From the NCBI RefSeq assembly GCF_003790525.1, contig NZ_CP033635.1: a stretch of 64,000 nt of DNA. The stretch is one strand, 5' to 3'. The translations under genes and the position numbers were made by a program. The first letter of the stretch is position 1. Every line of letters begins with the position of its first letter. Below are positions 10,221 to 23,845 of the stretch, in pieces. Below the pieces are notes generated by a model. It was given only the letters and a program-made list of their open reading frames with translations, ran no database searches and was not told the origin of the DNA. Origin of the DNA: Escherichia coli (GTDB lineage Bacteria; Pseudomonadota; Gammaproteobacteria; Enterobacterales; Enterobacteriaceae).

Positions 10221-12896
10221 TTAAGCGGATTTCTTCGCTTTTTTCTCAGCTTTAGCCGGAGCGGCTTCTTTTTTCGCTGCAGTTTCACCTTCTACATAAT
10301 CACGACCGTAGTAGGTATCCAGCAGAATCTGTTTCAGCTCGGAGATCAGTGGGTAACGCGGGTTAGCGCCGGTGCACTGGTCATCGAATGCATCTTCAGA
10401 CAGTTTATCCACATTCGCCAGGAAGTCTGCTTCCTGAACGCCAGCTTCACGGATAGATTTCGGAATACCCAGTTCAGCTTTCAGCGTTTCCAGCCATGCC
10501 AGCAGTTTCTCGATCTTAGCAGCAGTACGGTCGCCCGGTGCGCTCAGACCCAGGTGGTCAGCAATTTCAGCATAACGACGGCGAGCCTGCGGACGGTCAT
10601 ACTGGCTGAATGCAGTCTGCTTGGTCGGGTTGTCGTTCGCGTTGTAGCGAATAACGTTACAAATCAGCAGGGCGTTTGCCAGACCGTGCGGAATATGGAA
10701 CTGGGAACCCAGTTTGTGCGCCATTGAGTGACATACACCCAGGAAGGCGTTCGCAAACGCGATACCCGCGATAGTTGCTGCACTGTGAACACGTTCACGC
10801 GCTACCGGATTTTTAGAACCTTCGTGGTAGGACGCTGGCAGATATTCTTTCAGCAGTTTCAGTGCCTGCAGTGCCTGACCATCAGAGAACTCAGATGCCA
10901 GTACAGAAACATAAGCTTCCATGGCGTGAGTTACTGCGTCCAGACCACCGAAAGCACACAGAGACTTCGGCATGTCCATAACCAGGTTGGCATCGACAAT
11001 CGCCATATCCGGGGTCAGCGCATAGTCTGCCAGCGGATATTTCTGACCAGTAGCGTCGTCAGTTACAACCGCAAACGGAGTGACTTCAGAACCTGTACCA
11101 GAAGTGGTGGTGACAGCGATCATTTTCGCTTTCACGCCCATTTTCGGGAACTTGTAGATACGTTTACGGATATCCATAAAGCGCAGCGCCAGCTCTTCGA
11201 AGTGAGTTTCCGGATGTTCGTACATAACCCACATGATCTTCGCGGCGTCCATCGGGGAACCACCACCTAGCGCGATAATCACGTCTGGTTTGAAGGAGTT
11301 TGCCAGTTCTGCACCTTTACGAACGATGCTCAGGGTCGGGTCAGCTTCTACTTCGAAGAAGACTTCAGTTTCAACGCCTGCTGCTTTCAGTACGGAAGTG
11401 ATCTGATCAGCATAACCATTGTTGAACAGGAAGCGGTCAGTCACGATGAGCGCACGTTTGTGGCCATCAGTAATCACTTCATCCAGCGCGATTGGCAGGG
11501 AGCCACGGCGGAAGTAGATAGATTTCGGAAGTTTGTGCCACAACATGTTTTCAGCTCGCTTAGCAACGGTTTTCTTGTTGATCAGGTGTTTCGGACCAAC
11601 GTTTTCAGAGATGGAGTTACCACCCCAGGAACCACAACCCAGAGTCAGGGAAGGTGCGAGTTTGAAGTTATACAGGTCACCGATACCACCCTGAGAAGCC
11701 GGGGTGTTAATCAGGATACGAGCCGTTTTCATTTTCTGACCGAAGTAAGAAACGCGAGCCGGTTGGTTATCCTGGTCAGTGTACAGGCAAGAGGTATGAC
11801 CGATACCGCCCATAGCAACCAGTTTCTCTGCTTTTTCTACCGCATCTTCGAAATCTTTAGCACGGTACATTGCCAGAGTCGGGGACAGTTTTTCATGTGC
11901 GAACGGTTCGCTTTCATCAACAACGGTCACTTCACCGATCAGAATCTTGGTGTTTTCTGGTACAGAGAAGCCTGCCAGTTCAGCAATTTTATAGGCTGGC
12001 TGACCAACGATAGCCGCGTTCAGCGCACCGTTTTTCAGGATAACATCCTGAACAGCTTTCAGCTCTTTACCCTGCAACAGATAGCCGCCGTGGGTTGCGA
12101 AACGTTCACGTACTGCGTCATAAACAGAGTCAACAACAACAACAGACTGTTCAGAAGCACAGATTACGCCGTTGTCGAAGGTTTTGGACATCAGCACAGA
12201 TGCAACTGCACGTTTGATATCAGCAGTTTCATCGATAACAACAGGCGTGTTACCCGCGCCTACACCGATAGCTGGTTTACCGGAGCTGTATGCGGCTTTA
12301 ACCATGCCCGGACCACCAGTCGCGAGGATCAGGTTGATGTCTGGGTGGTGCATCAGTGCGTTAGACAGTTCAACCGAAGGTTGATCGATCCAGCCGATCA
12401 GATCTTTCGGAGCACCGGCAGCGATAGCAGCCTGCAGAACGATATCAGCTGCTTTGTTGGTTGCATCTTTTGCACGCGGGTGCGGGGAGAAGATAATAGC
12501 GTTACGGGTCTTCAGGCTGATCAGCGATTTGAAGATAGCAGTTGAAGTCGGGTTAGTGGTCGGAACGATACCGCAAATAATACCGATTGGTTCAGCGATA
12601 GTGATGGTACCAAAAGTGTCGTCTTCAGACAGAACACCACAGGTTTTTTCATCTTTATAGGCGTTGTAGATATATTCAGAAGCAAAGTGGTTTTTGATCA
12701 CTTTATCTTCGACGATACCCATGCCGGATTCGGCAACGGCCATTTTCGCGAGTGGGATTCGAGCATCTGCAGCAGCCAGAGCGGCGGCGCGGAAGATTTT
12801 GTCTACTTGCTCTTGAGTGAAACTGGCATATTCACGCTGGGCTTTTTTTACACGCTCTACGAGTGCGTTAAGTTCAGCGACATTAGTAACAGCCAT
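10221..12896 (-). CDS. adhE: bifunctional aldehyde/alcohol dehydrogenase
   Basis: 891 aa, N-terminal aldehyde dehydrogenase and C-terminal iron-alcohol dehydrogenase domains. Confidence 0.95.
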
Positions 12897-13372
12897 AATG
12901 CTCTCCTGATAATGTTAAACTTTTTTAGTAAATCATCTGCTCGAATACGAGAGTATAGTCAGTGCGGTGATGATTTGCTTAACCGATGGAAATCAAAAGC
13001 TTACTCGCGCTCACACTCACTGTGATTTACTAAAAGAGTTTAAACATTAGAGTTATTATCTCTAATGCGTCACTTCCAGGTGGCGTAAGCAAGATTACTC
13101 ACTTCTGGGTACTGATTACGTGATCTAAATCAAAATTTTGCAAAGCTGACACCTTTCAGCATGGCTTTTCGCCATTATAGCTAACAGTTAATAAATTGTA
13201 GTATGATTTGTTGACTACATTAGCATGTTTTGCACAAATAGATAACAATAACGAATGATAGCAATTTTAAGTAGTTAGGAGGTGAAAAATGCTGTCAAAA
13301 GGCGTATTGTCAGCGCGTCTTTTCAACCTTATTTATGGCTAACATTATCCGGCTTTTGCTTCGGAGCTAACC

Positions 13373-14020
13373 GTGATTCAGACCCTTTTTGATTTTCCCG
13401 TTTACTTCAAATTTTTCATCGGGTTATTTGCGCTGGTCAACCCGGTAGGGATTATTCCCGTCTTTATCAGCATGACCAGTTATCAGACAGCGGCAGCGCG
13501 AAATAAAACTAACCTTACAGCCAACCTGTCTGTGGCCATTATCTTGTGGATCTCGCTTTTTCTCGGCGACACGATTCTACAACTTTTTGGTATATCAATT
13601 GATTCATTCCGTATCGCCGGTGGCATCCTGGTGGTGACAATAGCGATGTCGATGATCAGCGGCAAGCTTGGCGAGGATAAACAGAACAAGCAAGAAAAAT
13701 CAGAAACCGCGGTACGTGAAAGCATTGGTGTGGTGCCGTTGGCGTTGCCGTTGATGGCGGGGCCAGGGGCGATCAGTTCTACCATCGTCTGGGGTACGCG
13801 TTATCACAGCATTAGCTATCTGTTTGGTTTCTTTGTGGCTATTGCTTTGTTCGCTTTATGTTGCTGGGGATTGTTCCGCATGGCACCGTGGCTGGTACGG
13901 GTTTTACGCCAGACCGGCATCAACGTGATTACGCGTATTATGGGGCTATTGCTGATGGCATTGGGGATTGAATTTATCGTTACTGGTATTAAGGGGATTT
14001 TCCCCGGCTTGCTTAATTAA
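13373..14020 (+). CDS. ychE: MarC-family inner membrane protein
   Basis: 215 aa multi-TM ORF between adhE and oppA. Confidence 0.85.
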   Translation: MIQTLFDFPVYFKFFIGLFALVNPVGIIPVFISMTSYQTAAARNKTNLTANLSVAIILWISLFLGDTILQLFGISIDSFRIAGGILVVTIAMSMISGKLGEDKQNKQEKSETAVRESIGVVPLALPLMAGPGAISSTIVWGTRYHSISYLFGFFVAIALFALCCWGLFRMAPWLVRVLRQTGINVITRIMGLLLMALGIEFIVTGIKGIFPGLLN

Positions 14021-14757
14021 TTCCTTTCAAATGAAACGGAGCTGCCATGCTCCGTTTACTTCGTCATTATTTTTACTTTGTTCCGGTGCAGTTATCAAAA
14101 GCAAAAGGAATGGGTAAAAATATTCTTCTTAAATTACAGTTTGTTATAAGGATTTCCTTAACTGCTTCTCGTCACCATCATGTTATTTTCGCCACATCAT
14201 AATCCTGGGCTTGCTGAAGAATAATTGAAATGATATTAGTAATTCCACTGCCTTTGGTAGAGGAAAGTGCTAAATAATAATCAATTGTTAAATTATTGTG
14301 CATTTCACTACTGGAACTGTAATCAGAAAAGATAGACATGCTTAACCCATCTCTATTTGATTGAATTGAAAGATGTTTGTTAAGACATGGATGCAAGCTA
14401 TAGATTCTGATACGGTCAATAAAAGAGAATTGCTTAACAATTTTGCAAAATGTATTGGCGAGTAAGAACCGCATTTGGTACTTTCCGGGCAACCGCCAGG
14501 CGATTCTTTATTGGTAATGAGAATAATTAACAATTAAAGAGCGTCGTGAAAGAATAATGTGTCTCGACAGGGGAGACACAGTACGAATCGACATAAGGTG
14601 ATCGTCTGAATCACCAGAATAAATAAAGTCGGTGATAGCAATCCGTAACGATAAAGTAACCTGACAGCAGAAAGTCTCCGAGCCTGTGCAGGGTCCCAAT
14701 CCGGGATTACACATGCTGGTTAATACCAGTAATTATAATGAGGGAGTCCAAAAAACA

Positions 14758-16389
14758 ATGACCAACATCACCAAGAGAAGTTTAGTAGCAGCTGGCGTTT
14801 TGGCTGCGCTTATGGCAGGGAATGTCGCGCTGGCAGCTGATGTACCCGCAGGTGTCACACTGGCGGAAAAACAAACGCTGGTACGTAACAATGGTTCAGA
14901 AGTTCAGTCATTAGATCCGCACAAAATTGAAGGTGTTCCGGAGTCTAATATCAGCCGAGACCTGTTTGAAGGCTTACTGGTTAGCGATCTTGACGGCCAT
15001 CCGGCACCTGGCGTCGCTGAATCCTGGGATAATAAAGACGCGAAAGTCTGGACCTTCCATTTGCGTAAAGATGCGAAATGGTCTGATGGCACGCCAGTCA
15101 CAGCACAAGACTTTGTGTATAGCTGGCAACGTTCTGTTGATCCAAACACTGCTTCTCCGTATGCCAGTTATCTGCAATATGGGCATATCGCCGGTATTGA
15201 TGAAATTCTTGAAGGGAAAAAACCGATTACCGATCTCGGCGTGAAAGCTATTGATGATCACACATTAGAAGTCACCTTAAGTGAACCTGTTCCGTACTTC
15301 TATAAATTACTTGTTCACCCATCAACTTCACCGGTGCCAAAAGCCGCTATCGAGAAATTCGGCGAAAAATGGACCCAGCCTGGTAATATCGTCACCAACG
15401 GTGCCTATACCTTAAAAGATTGGGTCGTAAACGAACGAATCGTTCTTGAACGCAGCCCGACCTACTGGAACAACGCGAAAACCGTTATTAACCAAGTAAC
15501 CTATTTGCCTATTGCTTCTGAAGTTACCGATGTCAACCGCTACCGTAGTGGTGAAATCGACATGACTTATAACAACATGCCGATCGAATTGTTCCAGAAG
15601 CTGAAAAAAGAGATCCCGGACGAAGTTCACGTTGATCCATACCTGTGCACTTACTATTACGAAATTAACAACCAGAAACCGCCATTTAATGACGTGCGTG
15701 TGCGTACCGCACTGAAATTGGGTATGGACCGCGATATCATTGTTAATAAAGTGAAAGCGCAGGGCGACATGCCCGCCTATGGTTACACTCCACCATATAC
15801 TGATGGCGCAAAATTGACTCAGCCGGAATGGTTTGGCTGGAGTCAGGAAAAACGTAACGAAGAAGCGAAAAAACTGCTGGCTGAAGCGGGTTATACCGCA
15901 GACAAACCGTTGACCATCAACCTGTTGTATAACACCTCCGATCTGCATAAAAAGCTGGCGATTGCTGCCTCTTCATTGTGGAAGAAAAACATTGGTGTAA
16001 ACGTCAAACTGGTTAACCAGGAGTGGAAAACGTTCCTCGACACCCGTCACCAGGGCACTTTTGATGTGGCCCGTGCAGGCTGGTGTGCAGACTACAACGA
16101 ACCAACTTCCTTCCTGAACACCATGCTGTCGAACAGCTCGATGAATACCGCGCATTATAAGAGCCCGGCCTTTGACAGCATTATGGCGGAAACGCTGAAA
16201 GCGACTGACGAGGCGCAGCGCACAGCTCTGTACACTAAAGCAGAACAACAGCTGGATAAGGATTCGGCCATTGTTCCTGTTTATTACTACGTGAATGCGC
16301 GTCTGGTGAAACCGTGGGTTGGTGGCTATACCGGCAAAGATCCGCTGGATAATACCTACACCCGGAATATGTACATTGTGAAGCACTAA
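14758..16389 (+). CDS. oppA: oligopeptide ABC transporter periplasmic binding protein
   Basis: start chosen at MTNITKRSLVAAGVLAALMAGNVALA signal peptide; substrate-binding family 5 fold; first gene of opp operon. Confidence 0.92.
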   Translation: MTNITKRSLVAAGVLAALMAGNVALAADVPAGVTLAEKQTLVRNNGSEVQSLDPHKIEGVPESNISRDLFEGLLVSDLDGHPAPGVAESWDNKDAKVWTFHLRKDAKWSDGTPVTAQDFVYSWQRSVDPNTASPYASYLQYGHIAGIDEILEGKKPITDLGVKAIDDHTLEVTLSEPVPYFYKLLVHPSTSPVPKAAIEKFGEKWTQPGNIVTNGAYTLKDWVVNERIVLERSPTYWNNAKTVINQVTYLPIASEVTDVNRYRSGEIDMTYNNMPIELFQKLKKEIPDEVHVDPYLCTYYYEINNQKPPFNDVRVRTALKLGMDRDIIVNKVKAQGDMPAYGYTPPYTDGAKLTQPEWFGWSQEKRNEEAKKLLAEAGYTADKPLTINLLYNTSDLHKKLAIAASSLWKKNIGVNVKLVNQEWKTFLDTRHQGTFDVARAGWCADYNEPTSFLNTMLSNSSMNTAHYKSPAFDSIMAETLKATDEAQRTALYTKAEQQLDKDSAIVPVYYYVNARLVKPWVGGYTGKDPLDNTYTRNMYIVKH

Positions 16390-16474
16390 TGGCAATACGT
16401 GGGGCAGGAGTGTCCTGCTCCACGGTGTCTGATTTTTATCGCATTACAGAAGGCACAGGCCAGAAGGTAGGGCA

Positions 16475-17395
16475 ATGTTAAAATTTATTCTACGTCGCTG
16501 TCTGGAAGCGATTCCGACGCTATTTATTCTTATTACTATTTCGTTCTTTATGATGCGCCTCGCACCGGGCAGTCCTTTTACCGGCGAACGTACTTTACCA
16601 CCGGAAGTGATGGCCAATATCGAAGCGAAATATCATCTTAATGATCCGATCATGACACAGTATTTCAGCTACCTGAAACAACTGGCGCATGGCGATTTCG
16701 GTCCATCGTTTAAATATAAAGATTATTCGGTCAACGACCTGGTTGCATCCAGTTTTCCCGTTTCTGCCAAACTGGGAGCCGCAGCATTTTTCCTTGCGGT
16801 AATACTGGGTGTTAGTGCTGGCGTTATTGCCGCATTAAAACAAAACACCAAATGGGACTATACCGTGATGGGGCTGGCAATGACCGGGGTTGTTATCCCC
16901 AGTTTTGTGGTTGCGCCATTATTAGTCATGATATTTGCGATCATTTTGCATTGGCTGCCGGGCGGTGGCTGGAATGGTGGTGCGCTTAAATTCATGATAC
17001 TGCCAATGGTGGCGTTGTCACTCGCCTATATCGCCAGTATTGCGCGTATTACCCGTGGCTCTATGATTGAAGTATTACACTCCAACTTTATTCGTACTGC
17101 CCGGGCGAAAGGGTTACCTATGCGGCGGATCATTTTACGCCACGCATTAAAACCTGCTCTGTTACCCGTGCTCTCCTATATGGGCCCTGCATTTGTCGGC
17201 ATTATTACCGGTTCTATGGTCATCGAAACCATTTATGGTTTGCCGGGGATTGGGCAATTGTTCGTTAATGGTGCATTGAACCGTGACTATTCCTTAGTGT
17301 TAAGCCTGACCATCCTGGTTGGTGCTTTAACCATTTTGTTTAATGCCATTGTCGATGTGCTATATGCGGTTATCGACCCGAAAATCCGTTACTGA
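16475..17395 (+). CDS. oppB: oligopeptide ABC transporter permease
   Basis: 306 aa multi-TM permease. Confidence 0.92.
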   Translation: MLKFILRRCLEAIPTLFILITISFFMMRLAPGSPFTGERTLPPEVMANIEAKYHLNDPIMTQYFSYLKQLAHGDFGPSFKYKDYSVNDLVASSFPVSAKLGAAAFFLAVILGVSAGVIAALKQNTKWDYTVMGLAMTGVVIPSFVVAPLLVMIFAIILHWLPGGGWNGGALKFMILPMVALSLAYIASIARITRGSMIEVLHSNFIRTARAKGLPMRRIILRHALKPALLPVLSYMGPAFVGIITGSMVIETIYGLPGIGQLFVNGALNRDYSLVLSLTILVGALTILFNAIVDVLYAVIDPKIRY

Positions 17396-17409
17396 TACTG
17401 GAGCTCGCG

Positions 17410-18318
17410 ATGATGTTAAGTAAGAAAAACAGCGAGACGCTGGAAAATTTCAGTGAAAAGCTGGAGGTCGAAGGGCGCAGCTTGTGGCAGGACGCACGTC
17501 GACGTTTTATGCATAACCGTGCGGCGGTTGCCAGTCTGATAGTGCTGGTGCTGATCGCGTTATTTGTCATCCTGGCACCGATGCTTTCGCAGTTTGCCTA
17601 TGACGATACTGACTGGGCGATGATGTCCAGCGCCCCGGATATGGAGTCCGGTCACTACTTTGGTACTGACTCATCTGGTCGCGACCTGCTTGTGCGCGTT
17701 GCGATTGGCGGGCGTATCTCACTCATGGTCGGTGTTGCTGCGGCACTGGTGGCAGTGGTCGTGGGGACACTTTATGGTTCGCTTTCCGGTTATCTGGGCG
17801 GTAAAGTGGATTCGGTAATGATGCGTCTGCTGGAAATCCTCAACTCCTTCCCATTCATGTTCTTCGTCATTTTGCTGGTGACCTTTTTCGGTCAAAACAT
17901 CCTGCTGATTTTCGTGGCGATTGGCATGGTTTCCTGGCTGGATATGGCTCGTATTGTGCGTGGGCAAACCCTGAGTCTGAAGCGCAAAGAGTTTATTGAG
18001 GCGGCACAAGTTGGCGGTGTATCGACGCCGGGCATTGTTATTCGCCACATTGTGCCGAACGTACTCGGTGTGGTGGTGGTCTACGCATCGCTATTGGTGC
18101 CCAGCATGATCCTCTTTGAATCTTTCCTTAGCTTCCTGGGGTTGGGGACGCAAGAGCCGTTAAGCAGCTGGGGCGCATTGCTGAGTGATGGCGCGAACTC
18201 GATGGAAGTCTCTCCATGGTTACTGTTGTTCCCAGCGGGATTCCTCGTGGTGACGCTATTTTGTTTCAACTTTATCGGCGATGGCTTGCGTGATGCCCTC
18301 GACCCGAAAGATCGTTAA
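17410..18318 (+). CDS. oppC: oligopeptide ABC transporter permease
   Basis: 302 aa multi-TM permease. Confidence 0.92.
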   Translation: MMLSKKNSETLENFSEKLEVEGRSLWQDARRRFMHNRAAVASLIVLVLIALFVILAPMLSQFAYDDTDWAMMSSAPDMESGHYFGTDSSGRDLLVRVAIGGRISLMVGVAAALVAVVVGTLYGSLSGYLGGKVDSVMMRLLEILNSFPFMFFVILLVTFFGQNILLIFVAIGMVSWLDMARIVRGQTLSLKRKEFIEAAQVGGVSTPGIVIRHIVPNVLGVVVVYASLLVPSMILFESFLSFLGLGTQEPLSSWGALLSDGANSMEVSPWLLLFPAGFLVVTLFCFNFIGDGLRDALDPKDR

Positions 18319-18329
18319 GGAGTGCAGCC

Positions 18330-19343
18330 ATGAGCGTAATTGAAACTGCAACTGTGCCGCTCGCACAACAACAGGCTGACGCACTGCTGAACGTGAAAGA
18401 TTTGCGTGTCACCTTTAATACCCCGGACGGCGACGTCACGGCGGTCAATGATCTGAATTTTTCCCTACGTGCCGGAGAAACGCTGGGCATTGTAGGTGAG
18501 TCTGGTTCGGGTAAATCGCAAACTGCATTTGCGTTGATGGGCCTGTTGGCTGCCAACGGACGTATTGGCGGATCGGCAACCTTCAATGGGCGTGAAATCC
18601 TCAATTTGCCAGAGCGTGAACTCAATAAACTGCGCGCTGAACAAATCTCAATGATTTTTCAGGACCCAATGACTTCGTTGAATCCCTATATGCGCGTCGG
18701 TGAGCAGTTGATGGAAGTGCTGATGCTGCATAAGAACATGAGCAAAGCTGAGGCGTTTGAAGAGTCGGTGCGGATGCTCGATGCGGTAAAAATGCCGGAA
18801 GCGCGTAAACGCATGAAAATGTACCCGCACGAATTTTCTGGCGGCATGCGTCAGCGAGTTATGATTGCGATGGCATTGCTATGTCGACCTAAGCTGCTGA
18901 TTGCGGATGAACCCACTACTGCGCTGGACGTCACCGTACAGGCGCAGATCATGACGCTATTGAATGAACTGAAGCGGGAATTTAATACCGCCATCATTAT
19001 GATTACCCACGATCTTGGCGTGGTGGCGGGGATCTGCGACAAAGTGCTGGTAATGTACGCCGGGCGCACGATGGAATATGGCAACGCGCGCGATGTCTTT
19101 TATCAACCCGTTCATCCTTATTCTATCGGTTTGCTCAACGCGGTGCCGCGTCTCGATGCGGAAGGTGAAACAATGTTGACCATCCCTGGTAATCCGCCAA
19201 ACCTGCTGCGATTACCGAAAGGTTGCCCGTTCCAGCCACGTTGTCCGCATGCGATGGAAATTTGTAGTAGCGCACCGCCGCTGGAAGAGTTTACGCCTGG
19301 CCGTCTGCGTGCTTGCTTTAAACCGGTGGAGGAACTGTTATGA
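18330..19343 (+). CDS. oppD: oligopeptide ABC transporter ATP-binding protein
   Basis: Walker A GESGSGKS, signature FSGGMRQR, Walker B LLIADEPTTALD. Confidence 0.92.
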   Translation: MSVIETATVPLAQQQADALLNVKDLRVTFNTPDGDVTAVNDLNFSLRAGETLGIVGESGSGKSQTAFALMGLLAANGRIGGSATFNGREILNLPERELNKLRAEQISMIFQDPMTSLNPYMRVGEQLMEVLMLHKNMSKAEAFEESVRMLDAVKMPEARKRMKMYPHEFSGGMRQRVMIAMALLCRPKLLIADEPTTALDVTVQAQIMTLLNELKREFNTAIIMITHDLGVVAGICDKVLVMYAGRTMEYGNARDVFYQPVHPYSIGLLNAVPRLDAEGETMLTIPGNPPNLLRLPKGCPFQPRCPHAMEICSSAPPLEEFTPGRLRACFKPVEELL

Positions 19344-20344
19344 ATGCTGTAACCGAAGGAAGAAAAGTCCTCCTCGAAATCGCCGATCTGAAAGTGCACT
19401 TTGAAATCAAAGATGGCAAACAGTGGTTCTGGCAACCGCCGAAAACGCTCAAAGCCGTCGATGGTGTAACTCTTCGCCTGTATGAAGGGGAAACATTAGG
19501 TGTGGTAGGGGAATCGGGATGCGGTAAGTCCACCTTTGCTCGCGCCATCATCGGTTTGGTCAAGGCGACCGACGGTCATGTTGCCTGGTTAGGTAAAGAG
19601 TTGCTGGGCATGAAGCCCGATGAATGGCGTGCCGTTCGCAGTGATATTCAGATGATTTTCCAGGATCCGTTGGCATCGCTGAACCCGCGTATGACCATCG
19701 GCGAGATCATCGCTGAACCACTGCGTACTTATCATCCGAAAATGTCACGCCAGGAAGTTCGCGAGCGCGTGAAGGCGATGATGCTGAAAGTCGGGTTATT
19801 GCCTAACCTGATTAACCGCTATCCGCATGAGTTCTCTGGTGGGCAGTGCCAGCGTATCGGGATTGCACGTGCACTTATTCTTGAACCGAAGCTGATTATC
19901 TGTGATGAGCCGGTGTCGGCGCTGGATGTGTCAATTCAGGCGCAGGTGGTCAACCTGCTCCAGCAGTTACAACGTGAGATGGGATTGTCATTAATTTTTA
20001 TCGCTCACGACCTGGCCGTGGTAAAACACATTTCCGATCGTGTGTTGGTGATGTATCTCGGCCATGCGGTAGAACTGGGGACCTATGATGAGGTCTACCA
20101 CAATCCACTACATCCTTACACCAGGGCATTGATGTCGGCAGTCCCCATACCTGATCCGGATCTGGAGAAGAACAAAACCATCCAGTTACTGGAAGGGGAA
20201 TTACCGTCGCCGATCAACCCGCCTTCCGGTTGTGTTTTCCGTACCCGTTGCCCGATTGCCGGTCCGGAGTGCGCCAAAACACGTCCTGTGCTGGAGGGCA
20301 GTTTCAGACACGCCGTTTCTTGCCTGAAAGTCGATCCACTTTAA
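19340..20344 (+). CDS. oppF: oligopeptide ABC transporter ATP-binding protein
   Basis: Walker A GESGCGKST, signature FSGGQCQR, 4-bp overlap with oppD. Confidence 0.92.
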   Translation: MNAVTEGRKVLLEIADLKVHFEIKDGKQWFWQPPKTLKAVDGVTLRLYEGETLGVVGESGCGKSTFARAIIGLVKATDGHVAWLGKELLGMKPDEWRAVRSDIQMIFQDPLASLNPRMTIGEIIAEPLRTYHPKMSRQEVRERVKAMMLKVGLLPNLINRYPHEFSGGQCQRIGIARALILEPKLIICDEPVSALDVSIQAQVVNLLQQLQREMGLSLIFIAHDLAVVKHISDRVLVMYLGHAVELGTYDEVYHNPLHPYTRALMSAVPIPDPDLEKNKTIQLLEGELPSPINPPSGCVFRTRCPIAGPECAKTRPVLEGSFRHAVSCLKVDPL

Positions 20345-20353
20345 ACACAATAA

Positions 20354-20378
20354 GGGCTGACAGTTGTCAGCCCTTTTT
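20354..20378 (+). terminator. rho-independent terminator after oppF
   Basis: hairpin gggctgaca-gt-tgtcagccc followed by TTTTT. Confidence 0.7.
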
Positions 20379-20396
20379 CACGCCGAAAGCGATTAT

Positions 20397-22221
<1,825 letters not shown>

Positions 22222-22591
22222 AGATTAGAAATCCTTTTGAAAGCGCATTGTTATGAGTTTACGCATATGGATTCATCTGGCAAATAAAAACGCGGGAAAA
22301 GCACTGGTCAGCGTCGGGGGGGGGGGTATAATGACCATTCTGTTATTGCATAGAGTAGTTAACATGAAGCGGAGTAGAACGGAAGTGGGGCGCTGGCGCA
22401 TGCAGCGTCAGGCTAGCCGACGTAAATCGCGTTGGCTTGAGGGGCAGTCGCGCCGAAATATGCGTATCCACAGCATCAGGAAGTGCATTCTAAACAAACA
22501 GCGTAACTCGTTATTGTTTGCGATCTACAATATCTAAATGTACTGGGCACCATTGCGGTGCCCAATAAGTTTACTCTTCCGTCTTTAAAGT

Positions 22592-23845
22592 CTATTTTTG
22601 CGCTGATTCTTTATTGTCAGCTTTCGTTTCTTGTTCATCGTTATCGCTGAAAATACCATGACCGGAGTTCAACAACATTGAAACGAGCATATCATTATTA
22701 ATCTCTTCACCATTTAAAACTCGTGCCAGAATTTCGCTGCCAAACAGTTGCGGCGAGAGAATGATATCCGGATGTACCATCTTAATCTTATTCAGGTTTT
22801 TGCTATCACTGACGGCGAGAACTGTTTTGACATCACTGCTCATATCTTTTGCCGAGAGTACAACAAACGCGTTATCTGCATCGTTATCACTCAGCGCCAG
22901 AATGGCCCGGCATCGATCGATTCCTGCTTTCTTTAATACTGAACTGTCATTACTGTCACCGGGGATAACATCAGCGTTATCACCTAAGCGTTGCTCAAGT
23001 TGCTTGATATCATCTTCAGGCAAGTTGCTGATAACCGTTACATTTTGTCCGCGTTGATTCAGTTGCAGAATCGTATTGATGGCGAGAATCGAATGTCCGC
23101 AAACAATAAAATGATCTTTACGATGCATTGTATGATTGTTTCCTTTTACAAGTTTGTTGAATCCCCCGCGGATAAGCGGGCCAAAAATTGAAGTCATGGA
23201 GGTGGCAAAAACGGTAATGCCGGAAATAATGACCGAAATAGTGAACAATCGTGCTGATTCAGAAACAGGGACAATATCGCCGTAGCCGACGGTTGACATG
23301 GTTTCTATCGAAAAATAGAACGCGGTCATCAAACTTTCTATTCGCGGATTAAAACCTTCGCTTAAATAAAGCGCACCGTAGGTGGAGTAAAACAGTAACG
23401 TCGTGAAACTAATAAATGCGAAAATTGTCCCGGCTGCGGCGCTACTGTGGGAGAAGTCTTTGCGCAGTATCAGCAAAAACACCAGCGTAAAAATGCAAAA
23501 TCCAATACTAAATTTCAGCCAGGGATAAAAATGCAGGGTGTAAATTAGCGCTATCAACAACAAAATGATACTGATTGCCCATGCGAGCTTTGCCCGGAAC
23601 AGTAAGCCAATGGAGTTCAGGACAAGAAAGACGCCGAGCATAAATAGAGGGGCGTTTGCCAGCAAGGAGAGATCCAACTCTGAAAATGCTTTGATATGGA
23701 AAATATCTAGCAAATTGACCGACATACCATAGATTGTTTTAAAAATAAGCAATCCATTTAAAAAGACGGCCAGCGCGAGAATGTCGTGCCGTAGGGTCAC
23801 CCATAAATTAGTTGCTGTTTGTTTGAATGTAGCCCAGTGACTCAC
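22592..23845 (-). CDS. kch: voltage-gated potassium channel Kch
   Basis: TM helices, selectivity filter TVGYGD, C-terminal RCK/TrkA-like domain; start placed at GTG giving MSHWATF (417 aa). Confidence 0.88.
   Translation of the reverse strand: MSHWATFKQTATNLWVTLRHDILALAVFLNGLLIFKTIYGMSVNLLDIFHIKAFSELDLSLLANAPLFMLGVFLVLNSIGLLFRAKLAWAISIILLLIALIYTLHFYPWLKFSIGFCIFTLVFLLILRKDFSHSSAAAGTIFAFISFTTLLFYSTYGALYLSEGFNPRIESLMTAFYFSIETMSTVGYGDIVPVSESARLFTISVIISGITVFATSMTSIFGPLIRGGFNKLVKGNNHTMHRKDHFIVCGHSILAINTILQLNQRGQNVTVISNLPEDDIKQLEQRLGDNADVIPGDSNDSSVLKKAGIDRCRAILALSDNDADNAFVVLSAKDMSSDVKTVLAVSDSKNLNKIKMVHPDIILSPQLFGSEILARVLNGEEINNDMLVSMLLNSGHGIFSDNDEQETKADNKESAQK

Noticed and set aside
10728-12545. 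Plus-strand ORFs of 180 and 361 aa inside adhE
   Set aside because: Antisense frames of a highly expressed 891-aa gene; stop-poor because of codon bias
14178-14714. Several 60-100 aa ORFs in the oppA upstream region
   Set aside because: Lie in the long AT-rich oppA leader/promoter region, mutually overlapping, no RBS; likely noncoding
15412-16395. Minus-strand ORFs of 178 and 140 aa inside oppA
   Set aside because: Antisense to oppA; no independent support
22253-22537. 94-aa plus-strand ORF between cls and kch
   Set aside because: Arg-rich low-complexity translation that includes the poly-G tract; more likely intergenic
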